The position numbers and the translations under genes are program-made. Below are positions 1-13,114 of a stretch of 64,000 nt of DNA, one piece after another. The number at the start of each line of letters is the position of its first letter. The first letter of the stretch is position 1. This DNA comes from Candidatus Omnitrophota bacterium (GTDB taxonomy: Bacteria; Omnitrophota; Gorgyraeia; Gygaellales; Profunditerraquicolaceae), in NCBI GenBank assembly GCA_963805065.1, contig CAWDSS010000010.1, forward strand, positions 407,059 through 471,058, given 5' to 3'. The notes beneath the pieces are model-generated. The model saw only the letters and a program-made list of their open reading frames with translations. It made no database searches and was not told where the DNA came from.

Positions 1-1178
1 GAGAATAAAGGTTCCCAGGTTTGAGGCAAGGGTAATGCCTATGAGACCCACAACCGAACGCACGCCGATAGCCCCAATTACCGAAGTAACAAGGATCAAG
101 GTTGCCAGAGAAACATGCGGCGTAATATACTTAGTGTGTATAAAACCTAGCGAAGAAGGCAGTTCCCTGTCTTCCGCCATACCGGCACTAACCCGCATCG
201 CCGTATTCATACAGCTTAAGGTTGTCCCGATTACCGCAATGGCAACAGTAATCGCCATAGTAATCATTAAGCCGAATCCCAGGCCATGGAACAGAGAATC
301 TCCGATAAGTTTGGCAAGGTCTCCGATTGGAGCGCCTGATGCCGCAGCTGCAGCCATGCCGGTTACTGTAGTGGCGCCGGTAGTGTTGACTAACTTTTCG
401 CTGATCATAAAGCTTGCGCCAAAATACTGAAAAAGATAAGCAAACAACCCCTGAACAATAAGAGAAATAATAATCGCCTTGGGGATTGTTGTTTTAGGAT
501 CTTTTGTTTCAGCTGCTAAAGCTGTGCAGCTTTCAAAACCGACCAGAATCAAGATAGCTATGGTAGATTGAACCAATATACCCTGCAATGAATGTATCTT
601 AATTATATCCCAGCCTCCGCTAAAGGCCCATTGCGTTGCATGTTGAGGATTAGCAATACGATACCAAATTGCCAAACTGGTAAAGATAACCAAAGTAACC
701 CACTGGATAATATTGATCCAGATTGACGTCACAGTTGATCCTGTTACCCCCCGGTATGCTATATAGCCTGTAACAACTGTAAATACTACACCGATACGGT
801 CAAATTCGTTATTGATAGAGTATGGCCTGTAAACTGTGTATAAATATAGCCAATCAAAGTTGCCATCATTGCCACCATTACTCCCGGATATACCCAATAG
901 AAAAGATGTGCTGCCCATCCGGTAGCCAGTTTTGCTATGCGGGCCATTGAAGTCGGACCGCTTACTTTTTCCTTGCGGGAATCCAAGAAGGCTTTCTCCG
1001 CAAAATAAGTGCAGCTTGCAAAACCTGCTTCAGGATAAATTTTTGCAAGCTCTGAATAGGATAATGCTGTCAGGAAACAAACAGTCAAAGCAAGCGCAAT
1101 TCCTGCCCAGAGATCACTTGCAACTGATGCTCCGTTTGGCGCCTGGTGGCAGCGGCTTGCAGCTGATAAGTAATCCAC
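1..1178 (-). pseudogene. APC-family amino acid permease, apparently disrupted: the N-terminal part (ORF 786..1178) and the remainder, which continues to the window edge, are in different frames
   Basis: ORF 786..1178 encodes the TM1b-TM2 region with ALSYSELAKIYPEAGFASCTYFAEKAF. My manual translation of the minus strand downstream of 786 continues in another frame with typical APC sequence (NNEFDRIGVVF...GFESCTALAAETKDPKTTIPKAIIISL) and has no stop before position 1. The frame switch must occur in ~830-850, in the AT-run atatttata. The N-terminus also looks truncated. Confidence 0.45.
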
Positions 1179-1411
1179 AAGAAAGCGCCCGGCGCAATCA
1201 ATGCCATAGCGTTCATCGCAGCGCCCATTAACCCGAGCTTGGGTTTTACTAAGGAAGAATTATTGATTTTGAGCCATAGTCAAGCCTCCCCTTGCACTTA
1301 GTTATATAATTGCTTACTAAAACAAAAAAGGCATCTTTGTATCCAGAATTGGATAAAAGACGCCTACGTCTTAAAACTTTAATTGCCCTTGCTGGTGCCC
1401 TTGCCGGGCAT

Positions 1412-1438
1412 AAAAAAAGCGTTCTCTAAAAAGAACGC
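1412..1438 (-). terminator. rho-independent terminator downstream of the sigma-factor gene
   Basis: Stem GCGTTCT(1419-1425)/AGAACGC(1432-1438) with a 6-nt loop, preceded on the plus strand by AAAAAAA (a T-run on the minus strand). Confidence 0.5.
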
Positions 1439-1524
1439 CTCTGTTTATCTACACTTCTATGTGTTTACCCCCTTTAGGGGGCCTTACATCACTACAAGTA
1501 AAAAACTTTGCTTCCTGGTAACGC

Positions 1525-2055
1525 CTAGTAATAATATTTTCTACACTTTTCTTTTATCCTTGCCAACAATTTGACTACGCGCACGTGGGAAATGTCGAAC
1601 CTGGCGCCTATTTCCCTTGTAGTCAGGCCATCGGCATAAAGAAAAAGAATACCCTTTTCTCTTTTGGTTAAGCCGTTATTACGTATGGTCTCCGCTAACA
1701 TCTTATTATTCAAGTTTTCAAAATAATGTTTGGATAATTCATCCTGCAAATACAGGGTTTCTTTAAGGCCTGAATTTTCTTTGTCCGTAATTGCCTCTAT
1801 GCTAATCAAAACAGCTTTTGCCCTGTATTTTCTTATATAGTTCCTTAAATAGAAATAGCAGCCTTGAAGAATATAACTGTCGGTCTTATCGGACAGCTTA
1901 CCCTCCAAAAAATCCTGCCAAAGATGCACCAACGCCTCCTGGAATAAATCCTCATGGCTAAAACAAGTAAAATAACCGCTCAGCTTATAGGATATCCTTT
2001 TTAAAATAGGACTTATTCTCTTAACCAGGTTTTCGAACTCTATGTGTTTTGCCAT
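1525..2055 (-). CDS. RNA polymerase sigma factor, sigma-70 family (small, ECF-like; regions 2 and 4 recognisable)
   Basis: 176 aa; region 4 HTH LTKREKGILFLYADGLTTREIGARFDISHVRVVKLLARIKEK; region 2-like YILQGCYFYLRNYIRKYR. Confidence 0.6.
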   Translation of the reverse strand: MAKHIEFENLVKRISPILKRISYKLSGYFTCFSHEDLFQEALVHLWQDFLEGKLSDKTDSYILQGCYFYLRNYIRKYRAKAVLISIEAITDKENSGLKETLYLQDELSKHYFENLNNKMLAETIRNNGLTKREKGILFLYADGLTTREIGARFDISHVRVVKLLARIKEKCRKYYY

Positions 2056-2058
2056 TTC

Positions 2059-2098
2059 AAAAAAAACCCTTTAAAAGCTTTTCTTAAGCTTTAAAGGG
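2059..2098 (-). terminator. rho-independent terminator after nadE
   Basis: Near-perfect 13-bp stem CCCTTTAAA(A)GCTT / AAGCTTTAAAGGG, preceded on the plus strand by an A8 run (a T-run on the minus strand). Confidence 0.5.
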
Positions 2099-2140
2099 CT
2101 GCTTTGTCCTTTGTATTTATCTCTTCAGTGAGATAAACTC

Positions 2141-3814
2141 CTAACTTTTGTATTTATTCGTAATAGGCATTCTCCTGTCCTTACCAAATGCCTTGGGAGT
2201 TATTTTTATCCCCGGAGGAGACTGCCTGCGCTTGTACTCGCTTCTATCAACCATATTTAATACTTTACGTGCTGTTTCTAGATCAAACCCCAAAGAAACA
2301 ATACTATTTAAGTCCCTGTCTTCTTCGACATAGGCTTTTAAAATGAGATCCAGGGTTTCATATTCAGGAAGCGTATCGCTGTCCTTTTGATTCGGCTTAA
2401 GCTCAGCTGTCGGCGCCTTGGTAAACATGCGCTCAGGAATCACCGAGGACAGGGAATTCCTGTATTTTGCCAGCTTGTAGACAAGAGTTTTCGGCACATC
2501 CTTAATTACGGCAAAGCCGCCTGCCATGTCTCCGTAAAGCGTGGCATAGCCTGTGCTCATCTCGGATTTATTACCCGTGGTCAAAACTAACCAGCCGAAT
2601 TTATTGGAAAATGCCATTAAGAAATTACCTCTGATACGCGCCTGAAGATTCTCTTCGGCTATATCCCTTTCTGAGCCGGCAAAATGCTGCTCAAGTATAA
2701 GTAGGTACATTTTATATATCTGCTCAATGGAAATCTTGAGCAATTTTATGCCTAAATTAGACGAAAGCTCGCAAGCATCAGTTTCTGAATTCGAAGACGA
2801 ATACCGCGAAGACATAAACAAACAGATAACATTCTCTTTACCCAGGGCATCTGCTGCTAAAGTTGCTACCAGCGCAGAATCAATACCTCCGCTTAAACCT
2901 AAAACTGCTTTCTTAAATCCGTTTTTGTGTACATAATCGCGTAAGCCCAATATTAATGCCTGATAAATTTCCGCTACCGGCTCTAAAGATCTCATACTGC
3001 GCTTAGGGAAACTCTCTCTTTCTTTAACCAGCCCCGCCTTTATTGTGATTGTCTTTTGGCTGCACCTGGTTTTACTGTCAGGAATTTCTAAATCCACTAT
3101 CAAAAGGTCTTCTTTAAATGCCTCTGCCCGGCTTATGACTTTTCCCGCACTACCCACGACCATGCTCTGGCCGTCAAAAACCAGTTCATCCTGCCCGCCG
3201 ACCAGGTTTGTATAGCATACACTTACCTTATTGGATTTGGCCTGGCTGCGGATGATTTCTTCTCTTAATTTAACCTTTCCGGAATAATAAGGAGAAGCAT
3301 TAATATTGAGCACTAATTTTGCTCCGCACATGGCAACTTTTGCCGTGGGCCCGTCCCTATGCCAAATGTCTTCGCAGATATTTACCCCAAATACTACTTT
3401 TCCTAGCTTATAGATACAGGGCCTGTTGCCGGAACTAAAATAACGCTTTTCATCAAATACCCCGTAATTAGGCAAAAATACCTTGTGGCATACCCCGTAA
3501 ATTTTCGCGTTATGGATTACTGCTGCGGCATTATATAACGCAGCTCCTTTTTTATCCACAAAACCTACAATGGCTACAACATTTTCTATAGCCTTAGCGA
3601 CTTCCTTTAGTCTGGCTAAATTATCACTGACAAATTTATTTTTAAGCAGTAAATCTTCCGGGGGATAGCCCGTCAAAGCCAACTCAGGAAAACAAATTAT
3701 ATCCACATTAAATTCCTTGGCCTTACGGATATACTCGATTATCTTATCGGCATTACCTTCCAAGTCGCCAACCGTGGAATTTATCTGTGCTAAAGCTATG
3801 CGTAAAGTTTGCAT
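2141..3814 (-). CDS. nadE: glutamine-dependent NAD+ synthetase (N-terminal nitrilase/CN-hydrolase domain plus a C-terminal NAD synthetase PP-loop domain)
   Basis: 557 aa; N-terminus IALAQINSTVGDLEGNADKI...ICFPELALTGYPPEDLL; PP-loop GLSGGIDSALVATLAADALG. Confidence 0.85.
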   Translation of the reverse strand: MQTLRIALAQINSTVGDLEGNADKIIEYIRKAKEFNVDIICFPELALTGYPPEDLLLKNKFVSDNLARLKEVAKAIENVVAIVGFVDKKGAALYNAAAVIHNAKIYGVCHKVFLPNYGVFDEKRYFSSGNRPCIYKLGKVVFGVNICEDIWHRDGPTAKVAMCGAKLVLNINASPYYSGKVKLREEIIRSQAKSNKVSVCYTNLVGGQDELVFDGQSMVVGSAGKVISRAEAFKEDLLIVDLEIPDSKTRCSQKTITIKAGLVKERESFPKRSMRSLEPVAEIYQALILGLRDYVHKNGFKKAVLGLSGGIDSALVATLAADALGKENVICLFMSSRYSSSNSETDACELSSNLGIKLLKISIEQIYKMYLLILEQHFAGSERDIAEENLQARIRGNFLMAFSNKFGWLVLTTGNKSEMSTGYATLYGDMAGGFAVIKDVPKTLVYKLAKYRNSLSSVIPERMFTKAPTAELKPNQKDSDTLPEYETLDLILKAYVEEDRDLNSIVSLGFDLETARKVLNMVDRSEYKRRQSPPGIKITPKAFGKDRRMPITNKYKS

Positions 3815-3828
3815 GTTTATATGCCCCT

Positions 3829-3866
3829 AAAAACAAAAATGCCTTCCAGCACATTTCGCCGGAAGA
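3829..3866 (-). terminator. terminator downstream of atpC, ending the atp operon
   Basis: Imperfect hairpin CTTCCaGC...GCcGGAAG (3842-3866), then on the minus strand CATTTTTGTTTTT. Confidence 0.4.
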
Positions 3867-3937
3867 CATCCCTGTCTAATACACTTCTCTGTTTTCAATA
3901 CAAGTATAACATAGCACATTAATTTGTCAAGCTGTTA

Positions 3938-6471
<2,534 letters not shown>

Positions 6472-6472
<1 letters not shown>

Positions 6473-8001
6473 TACCTTTTAATTTCCTTAAGGAAATCTT
6501 GTTTGAATTGTAGAATCGCATTATCCAATTCTTTCATTAAATCCTGGCTCATTTCTTTTTTCTCGTCTATTTCTTTACCTATATCAGGGTAATCATTTTC
6601 CATGTATCTTAAGAATTCATCTTCAAATTTTTTCACGGCATCAACCGGCAAATCATCCAGAAAGCCGTTTGTCCCGGCGTAAATAATCATTACCTGTTTT
6701 GAAATGGGTAAAGGGTTATAGCGGTCTTGCTTAAGGATTTCTACCATTCTTGCCCCGCGGTTCAGCTGCGCTTGGGTAGTCTTATCTAACTCTGTGCCGA
6801 ATTGCGTAAACACCACGAGTTCCCTGTATTGGGCTAAATCCAGGCGCAGTTTGGAAGCTACCTGGCGCATGGCTTTAACCTGCGCTTTTCCTCCGACCCT
6901 AGAAACTGATAAGCCTACGTTAATAGCCGGCCGGACTCCCGCATAGAAAAGATCGTTCTCCAGGTAAATTTGTCCGTCGGTGATTGAAATTACGTTAGTA
7001 GGAATGTAACTTGTGATATCCCCTGCCTGGGTTTCTACTATCGGTATAGCAGTAAGAGAGCCGCCTCCTAAATTATCATTTAATTTAGCTGCCCTCTCCA
7101 ATAAACGCGAATGCAGATAAAATATATCGCCTGGGTATGCTTCTCGGCCGGGAGGCCTTCTTAACAATAGAGATAACTGGCGGTATGCCTGGGCATGCTT
7201 GGATAAATCATCATAAATTATCAACGCGTGTTTACCCGAATACATAAATTCTTCTGCCATGGCGCAGCCTGCGTAGGGCGCTAAATATTGTAAAGACGCC
7301 GATGCTCGGGAAGAAGCGCTCACAATGGTCGTGTATTTCATTGCCCCATGTTTTTCCAATACCTTTGCTACTGAAACAATGCTGGATAATTTTTGCCCAA
7401 CTGCAACATATATGCAATAAACATCCTTATCTTTCTGGTTTATTATCGTGTCTATGGCTATGGCGCTTTTACCTATCTGGCGGTCGGCAATGATTAATTC
7501 ACGTTGGCCGCGGCCTATGGGAGTCATGGCATCAATTGCCTTAATGCCTGTATGCAAAGATTCTTTCACCGGCTGGCGCTCCACAACATTGGGAGCCTTT
7601 GATTCTAGCGGCCTGTATTTATCCGTATGAACCGGCCCTTTTCCGTCAATGGGCCTGCCCAAGGCGCTAACCACGCGGCCGACTAATGCTTCTCCCACCG
7701 GGACCTGCGCGATTTTGCCTGTCCTTTTTACAATGTCCCCTTCTTTTATGTACCTATCGGGGTTATCTGTGCCGAATATTACTACGCCCACGCTGTCTTC
7801 TTCCAGGTTAAACACCAATCCTGTGACCTGTTCGGAAAATTGCACTATCTCGCCTGCCATTACGTCATCCAGGCCGTATATACGCGCGATTGTATCTCCT
7901 ACCTGGATAACCGTGCCGATAGACTCAACCTGCATGCGGCTTTTATACTTTTCTAATTCTTTTTTAATTATAGAGGTTATTTCTTCCGGTTTTAGCGGCA
8001 T
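6472..8001 (-). CDS. atpA: F0F1 ATP synthase alpha subunit
   Basis: 509 aa; [16 protein letters not shown]-loop region; [28 protein letters not shown]. Confidence 0.95.
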
Positions 8002-8002
8002 A

Positions 8003-8548
8003 TTAAACCTGGGCTTTCCTTAAAGTTTGCCTGATTCCTTCCAGGCGGTTTCTTACGGAGCCGTCTATTATTTTGTTACCAATTACAACCTGAACTCCGC
8101 CTAACAAATTTGCATCTAACTCTATGAAAAATTTAAACTTTTTATTAAATTTACTTTCCAATTTGTCTTCTATTTCTTTTATCAATTCCAGATCCAGCGG
8201 GAAAGACGTTTTTAATAATGCCTCTTCTTCGCCATAAGCATATGTAATCCTTAAATATTCGGCAATGTCAGTAATCTCATCAATGCGGCCCTTTTCCACG
8301 AGTAGTTTAAGAAATTGTTTTGTCTCTTCTGCGAAATCCTCGTTTAATACATTATCCAGGAATTCACATTTTTCCGAGTAACTGATTTCCATGCCCCGTA
8401 ATAATTCCAGAAACTCGGGATTGTCGCTGATAATAACATTCCTTAAGTTTTTCAAATCCTCTAAGGCTTTATCTTTACCGATGGTCTCTTTTGCAAAAGC
8501 CATAAAAGCCTCGGCGTATCTTTTTACCAAAATCTTATCTTTTATCAT
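8003..8548 (-). CDS. atpH: F0F1 ATP synthase delta (OSCP) subunit
   Basis: 181 aa helical protein between atpF and atpA; sequence and position are typical of the delta subunit. Confidence 0.7.
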   Translation of the reverse strand: MIKDKILVKRYAEAFMAFAKETIGKDKALEDLKNLRNVIISDNPEFLELLRGMEISYSEKCEFLDNVLNEDFAEETKQFLKLLVEKGRIDEITDIAEYLRITYAYGEEEALLKTSFPLDLELIKEIEDKLESKFNKKFKFFIELDANLLGGVQVVIGNKIIDGSVRNRLEGIRQTLRKAQV

Positions 8549-9042
8549 TTCAGCCCATCTACCTTGTCCAGGAAATCTTTAACAATCCTTTTATCGCCTT
8601 CACCGGTAAGCTTTTCCTGTATAACAATCTCGGTTGCACTCATGGTAAGATCGATAATCTTATCCTTTAATTCGTCTTTAGCCTTATCTAACTCATATCT
8701 TATGTCTTTTTTGGCATTATTAATTATTTCCTGCGCTTCTTCATTCGCCTTTTTCCTGATTTCGTCAGTAATATCCCTGCCGCTGGTAATTGCCTCTTCA
8801 ATTTTTAGCTTTGCCGTTTTTTCAATATCCGATAATTTAGACTCGTAATCAGCCTTTAAGTTGGAAATCTCCAGTTTCGCATCTTCTATTGTTTTAAATT
8901 CAGAGGCGATCCTGTTTTTCCTTTCATCCAAGAGCTTAAGGAGCTTCTTCCAGGCAAATATGCGCAAAAGAAAGAGTAAGAGAAGAAAACTTATGACTTG
9001 CGCAATGATTTCATTTGTGCTAAGAAGTTTTAGCAATTCCAT
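8545..9042 (-). CDS. atpF: F0F1 ATP synthase B subunit
   Basis: 165 aa; an N-terminal TM helix followed by a long charged coiled coil. Confidence 0.7.
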   Translation of the reverse strand: MELLKLLSTNEIIAQVISFLLLLFLLRIFAWKKLLKLLDERKNRIASEFKTIEDAKLEISNLKADYESKLSDIEKTAKLKIEEAITSGRDITDEIRKKANEEAQEIINNAKKDIRYELDKAKDELKDKIIDLTMSATEIVIQEKLTGEGDKRIVKDFLDKVDGLK

Positions 9043-9060
9043 TTTTGATTAGCCGCTGTT

Positions 9061-9291
9061 TTAAATTTTACCTGCCATGACAAATGCGAACACCAGGGCA
9101 TAAATCGTCAACGCCTCAATAAAAGCGCAGCCTGTTGCCATATTGATTAATATTTTTGTAGATGCTTCCGGCTGCCTGCCGGTTGCCTCCATAGCCGAGG
9201 TGATAGCCTTACCCAAGCCCAATGCCGAGCCAAATGCTGCTATCGCAAGACCTAAGGGTATTGCGAATGCCAATGCTACTTTGTAATCCAT
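9061..9291 (-). CDS. atpE: F0F1 ATP synthase C subunit (proteolipid)
   Basis: 76 aa; two TM helices with a conserved acidic residue (ALTIYALVFAFV...IEAL). Confidence 0.85.
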   Translation of the reverse strand: MDYKVALAFAIPLGLAIAAFGSALGLGKAITSAMEATGRQPEASTKILINMATGCAFIEALTIYALVFAFVMAGKI

Positions 9292-9305
9292 TTTTCCCTC
9301 CCTGT

Positions 9306-10055
9306 TTATTCTTCCTTCACTAATATCAACGCAAAATAAATCGTACTTAAAAGAGCAAACACCACTGCCTGCACAACCGAAGCTACGATTGCTAACAGAG
9401 AACTAAACAGTAAAAGCGGCACACCCGCAATTCCCAGCCCCGATAAAACCGCAAGTAGCAAGTCATCCCCCCAAATATTGCTTCTTAAACGTAACGACAG
9501 GCTGATAGGCTTGACCAGTTCGGAGACAATATGAAGCACAAGCAGCATTAGCGGGATAAATACGGAAAAAGCCAATATGCCCCTGGGCTTTCCCATCATA
9601 TGGTCAACATAACCTAAAAACCCTTTTTCCCGCAAAGCAGAATATTGCACGTAAACAAAAACGCAGATTGCCAATGCAAACGTTGTTGACCAGCTTGAAG
9701 TAGGAGATTTCATAAAAGGTATTAAACCGAATAAATTCATGGAAATAATATAAACGAAAAGCGTTCCGATAAAAGGGGTGTATTTTCTCCCCTTCGGGCC
9801 CAAGACACCGCAGACAAAATCATCCAGTATCCCGACTATAAGTTCACAGGCATTCTGCAGCCTGCCTGGTATAAATTTACTTTTACGCGAGGCAAAATAG
9901 GCAGTCAGCGTAAGAACGCAGACTACGATCAGGGAAAAAATGATGTTTTCCCAGACGTAAAGATATTGGGCCAGATGCGAAGAAACTCCCAGCTTCGAAG
10001 CAAGAATTGTAACTAGGTTCGGGAGTTCCAGCTGAGTAATATGTGTTGCGGCCAT
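9306..10055 (-). CDS. atpB: F0F1 ATP synthase A subunit
   Basis: 249 aa; LSLRLRSNIWGDDLL matches the conserved LSLRLFGNM region. The 5' end overlaps the upstream ORF by 43 nt, so the start is uncertain. Confidence 0.8.
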   Translation of the reverse strand: MAATHITQLELPNLVTILASKLGVSSHLAQYLYVWENIIFSLIVVCVLTLTAYFASRKSKFIPGRLQNACELIVGILDDFVCGVLGPKGRKYTPFIGTLFVYIISMNLFGLIPFMKSPTSSWSTTFALAICVFVYVQYSALREKGFLGYVDHMMGKPRGILAFSVFIPLMLLVLHIVSELVKPISLSLRLRSNIWGDDLLLAVLSGLGIAGVPLLLFSSLLAIVASVVQAVVFALLSTIYFALILVKEE

Positions 10056-10312
10056 ACGGTTATCGCACCTCCGAGCAAAATACCTGCGCCCGCTCCTACA
10101 AGCAGGCCTGCAATCGGGAAGAATTTAAAAGTCAAAATCAGTAATCCCAGTGAATACAAAATAGGAAATTTTACCAGCAAGATCAAGCCAAGTTTTGCTT
10201 TTGATTCCTTCAGGATAGCAATGCGCAATAACTTTATAAAAAGCAGGTAATTAATTATGAACCAGGCTGCTCCAACTAAAAAGCCTAAGAAAAAACGCCA
10301 ATAATTAAACAT
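10013..10312 (-). CDS. small membrane protein, AtpI-like ATP synthase accessory protein
   Basis: 99 aa, hydrophobic, immediately upstream of atpB. Confidence 0.35.
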   Translation of the reverse strand: MFNYWRFFLGFLVGAAWFIINYLLFIKLLRIAILKESKAKLGLILLVKFPILYSLGLLILTFKFFPIAGLLVGAGAGILLGGAITVWPQHILLSWNSRT

Positions 10313-10547
10313 TTTGTGATTTGTTTTCTATCCTTAAAACCTGCCTGATGATCCTGATAACTTCCAGGATACTGGCCAGCGCTCCTATAGTTATGGCTAT
10401 AAATAAGACATAATGAGGGAACCCAAATCTTTTTTCCAGAAAATCTCCCACAAAATAAGCTGTAATGGGGCCTGCAGCCAATATCAGCGGGATAAAAGAA
10501 ATCATCCCCACTATCCTGATCCAGGCGTAGAACTCCTCTTTTTTCAC
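10305..10547 (-). CDS. small two-TM membrane protein, AtpZ-like ATP synthase accessory protein
   Basis: 80 aa; two TM helices; leads the atp cluster. Confidence 0.4.
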   Translation of the reverse strand: MKKEEFYAWIRIVGMISFIPLILAAGPITAYFVGDFLEKRFGFPHYVLFIAITIGALASILEVIRIIRQVLRIENKSQNV

Positions 10548-10563
10548 TTTAAAATAACAGGAA

Positions 10564-10998
10564 TTATTTCTTTATGATTTTAAACGACTCGAATGACTTG
10601 TCGCTCTTTTCTCCTCCAATGGCTACTGCCCGAAGGACCCAGGTATAAACCTGATTGACCTCGAAAGTCTCTGCTTTTATGCTCGCCACGTGGCTAGTCG
10701 CTGGCACTTGCTCTTTGAGGATTAAATTCGCTCCCACTGTATTATAGCCTTTGTATACCCTGAAATCGTAATAGCGCAGGTATATGCTATTTCCCGGTAT
10801 CCAGATAAAATCAAGAGAATCTTTGCCTGTCAAATCTATATCATTGGAAACAGGAGAAATCAAGGTGGGAGCAGACGGGGAATTCAACATACCTTCCGAC
10901 TTTCCCGTAATGCCCATATCTGCAAAAACAGCTGAAACAAATATTAAATTAACCAGGATTATGAATATGATTAAATTTTTCTGCTTTGTTTTAATCAT
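10564..10998 (-). CDS. exported hypothetical protein (signal peptide plus a beta-rich domain)
   Basis: 144 aa; N-terminal KQKNLIIFIILVNLIFVSAVFA; no motif I can name. Confidence 0.4.
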   Translation of the reverse strand: MIKTKQKNLIIFIILVNLIFVSAVFADMGITGKSEGMLNSPSAPTLISPVSNDIDLTGKDSLDFIWIPGNSIYLRYYDFRVYKGYNTVGANLILKEQVPATSHVASIKAETFEVNQVYTWVLRAVAIGGEKSDKSFESFKIIKK

Positions 10999-11058
10999 TG
11001 CTACGGCTCCTTTTTTTGTCCTGTTGCGGCGAGCGAAATTTTTCGTAACTTTAAAGAG

Positions 11059-11781
11059 TTATGCTTTCTTATTCGTTATGTCTTTGGTGAGAATAATTGC
11101 TTCTGCGATTTCGCGCATGGTCTTTCTGGAATCCATGCTCTGTTTTTGAATTAACCTATACGCCTCAGAAGGCAAAATATTGGCTTCTTGCGATAAAATA
11201 TCTTTTGCCCGCTCAATTAGTTTACGGGTAGTCAAGGCCTCTTCGGCACTACGCGCCCTTAAATCCAGCTCTGCATTCTCAATAGCCATGGCTGCCTGGT
11301 TAGCCAGGGCTGCCAGCACATCGAGTTCATGCTTAGAGAATTTATGTTTTTTGGAAGTATAACAATTAAGCACGCCTATGACCCTTCCCTTTACTGCCAT
11401 AGGCACACAGGCTAAAGACACGAGGTTTTCTTTTTTGGCTATATCGCTGTTCAAATAGCGCTTGTCTTCTCTTACATCCAAAACACTAATGGGTTTATTT
11501 TCGCTAGCAACTATTCCTGCAATGCCTACGCCTATTTTTAAATTCGGCTTCTTGTTGTATTCTTCACAGATGGATTGCGTTGCCTTAACCACAAGCTCAT
11601 TCTTCTCGGGGTCAAGAAGCATGAGAGATGAAATCTTGGAATTCATTATCTCCGCTGTGACCTGCACCACCAGGCGTAAAAGCTCCTCCAGATACAAACC
11701 AGAAGTAATCAGGTTGGCAATCTTGGAAAGCGCTTCAATCTGCTTTACATAAATTTCATAATGCTCTTTCTTCTTTGTCAT
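11059..11781 (-). CDS. GAF-domain plus ANTAR-domain regulator (RNA-binding antitermination-type output)
   Basis: 240 aa; central GAF-like region; C-terminal ANTAR-like sequence LIERAKDILSQEANILPSEAYRLIQKQSMDSRKTMREIAEAII; the start is 1 nt after the glnA stop. Confidence 0.6.
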   Translation of the reverse strand: MTKKKEHYEIYVKQIEALSKIANLITSGLYLEELLRLVVQVTAEIMNSKISSLMLLDPEKNELVVKATQSICEEYNKKPNLKIGVGIAGIVASENKPISVLDVREDKRYLNSDIAKKENLVSLACVPMAVKGRVIGVLNCYTSKKHKFSKHELDVLAALANQAAMAIENAELDLRARSAEEALTTRKLIERAKDILSQEANILPSEAYRLIQKQSMDSRKTMREIAEAIILTKDITNKKA

Positions 11782-11782
11782 C

Positions 11783-13114
11783 TTACAATATCGGTAAATA
11801 CTTATTCACTTCGTATTGCGTTACCTGGGCTTTGTATTCATCCCATTCCATTTTTTTGTTACGGATGAAATGCTCAAAAACTTTTTCTCCCAGGCAATCC
11901 TTAACTAGTTTGCTTTTTTCTGTAATCCTGGTTGCTTCTAATAGGTCCTCGGGCAATGACTTAATGCCTGATTTGTCTCGTTCTTGCTCGCTCATATGAT
12001 AGATATTATCATTTGCCGGGTCGGCTAGCTTATAATTCTTTTCAATGCCTTCCAATCCTGCGGCTAACATTACCGAAAAGGCTAAGTAAGGATTGCAGGA
12101 GGGGTCAGGAGAGCGATATTCAATACGGGTTGCTTTTTCTTTTCCTGGCTTATACATGGGAACGCGTATAAGTGCCGAGCGATTCATCTGCGCCCAACAG
12201 ATATAAACCGGGGCTTCGTAACCGGGGACTAACCGCTTATAGGAATTAACCCATTGGCTGGTAATTGAGGTTATTTCCGGTGCATGTTTCAGTAAACCTG
12301 CGGTAAATGATTTACCGACGCTTGAGAGGTAATATTTTTCTTTTTTATCAAAAAACGCATTTTTATCACCCTTGAATAAGGATTGGTGCACATGCATGCC
12401 TGAGCCGTTTATGCCGAATATCGGCTTTGGCATAAATGTGGCGTAAACCCCGTGCTTACGGGCAATCTCTTTGACGACTAAACGGTATGTCATAACATTA
12501 TCTGCCATGGTGAGCGCATCGGTATAACGCAGGTCTATTTCATGCTGCGACATGGCAACTTCATGATGGCTGTATTCAACCGCGATGCCTAATGCCTGAA
12601 GGGTAAATATTGTATCCCGCCTTAAATCCTGGGCAACATCCAAAGGCACTAAATCAAAATATCCTCCCTGGTCTAAAGGTTGAGGCGTCTGGCTATTGCT
12701 AAAATAGAAATATTCCAATTCCGGCCCTACATTGTAAGTAAAACCTTTTGCCTTGGCTTTGGCTAAATTACGTTTTAGAACAAAGCGGGGATCTCCTTCA
12801 AAAGGCTTGCCGCCGGGTTCGTAAATATCGCAGAACATCCTTGCCACGCTGTAACTTTCTCCCGAACGCCAAGGTAATATAGCAAATGTGTCAGGATCGG
12901 GCTTGGCGATCATATCCGATTCTTCAATACGCGCAAAACCTTCAATTGAAGAGCCGTCAAACCCCATACCCTCATCTAACGCACCTTCTAATTCATCAGT
13001 TGTAATGGCAAAACCTTTTAAGAATCCCAACACATCGGTGAACCAAAGGCGGATGAATTTTACTTTGTGTTCTTTTACCAATTTCAAAATATCAGCTTTT
13101 GTCTTCTTAGCCAC
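11783..13114 (-). CDS. glnA: glutamine synthetase, type I
   Basis: 443 aa; N-terminus VKFIRLWFTDVLGFLKGFAI; GS catalytic-domain motifs throughout. Confidence 0.9.
   Translation of the reverse strand: MAKKTKADILKLVKEHKVKFIRLWFTDVLGFLKGFAITTDELEGALDEGMGFDGSSIEGFARIEESDMIAKPDPDTFAILPWRSGESYSVARMFCDIYEPGGKPFEGDPRFVLKRNLAKAKAKGFTYNVGPELEYFYFSNSQTPQPLDQGGYFDLVPLDVAQDLRRDTIFTLQALGIAVEYSHHEVAMSQHEIDLRYTDALTMADNVMTYRLVVKEIARKHGVYATFMPKPIFGINGSGMHVHQSLFKGDKNAFFDKKEKYYLSSVGKSFTAGLLKHAPEITSITSQWVNSYKRLVPGYEAPVYICWAQMNRSALIRVPMYKPGKEKATRIEYRSPDPSCNPYLAFSVMLAAGLEGIEKNYKLADPANDNIYHMSEQERDKSGIKSLPEDLLEATRITEKSKLVKDCLGEKVFEHFIRNKKMEWDEYKAQVTQYEVNKYLPIL

Noticed and set aside
35-430. 131-aa plus-strand ORF at the window start
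   Set aside because: Lies antisense to the continuation of the APC permease coding sequence. The Ala/Pro-rich translation is a reverse-frame artefact.
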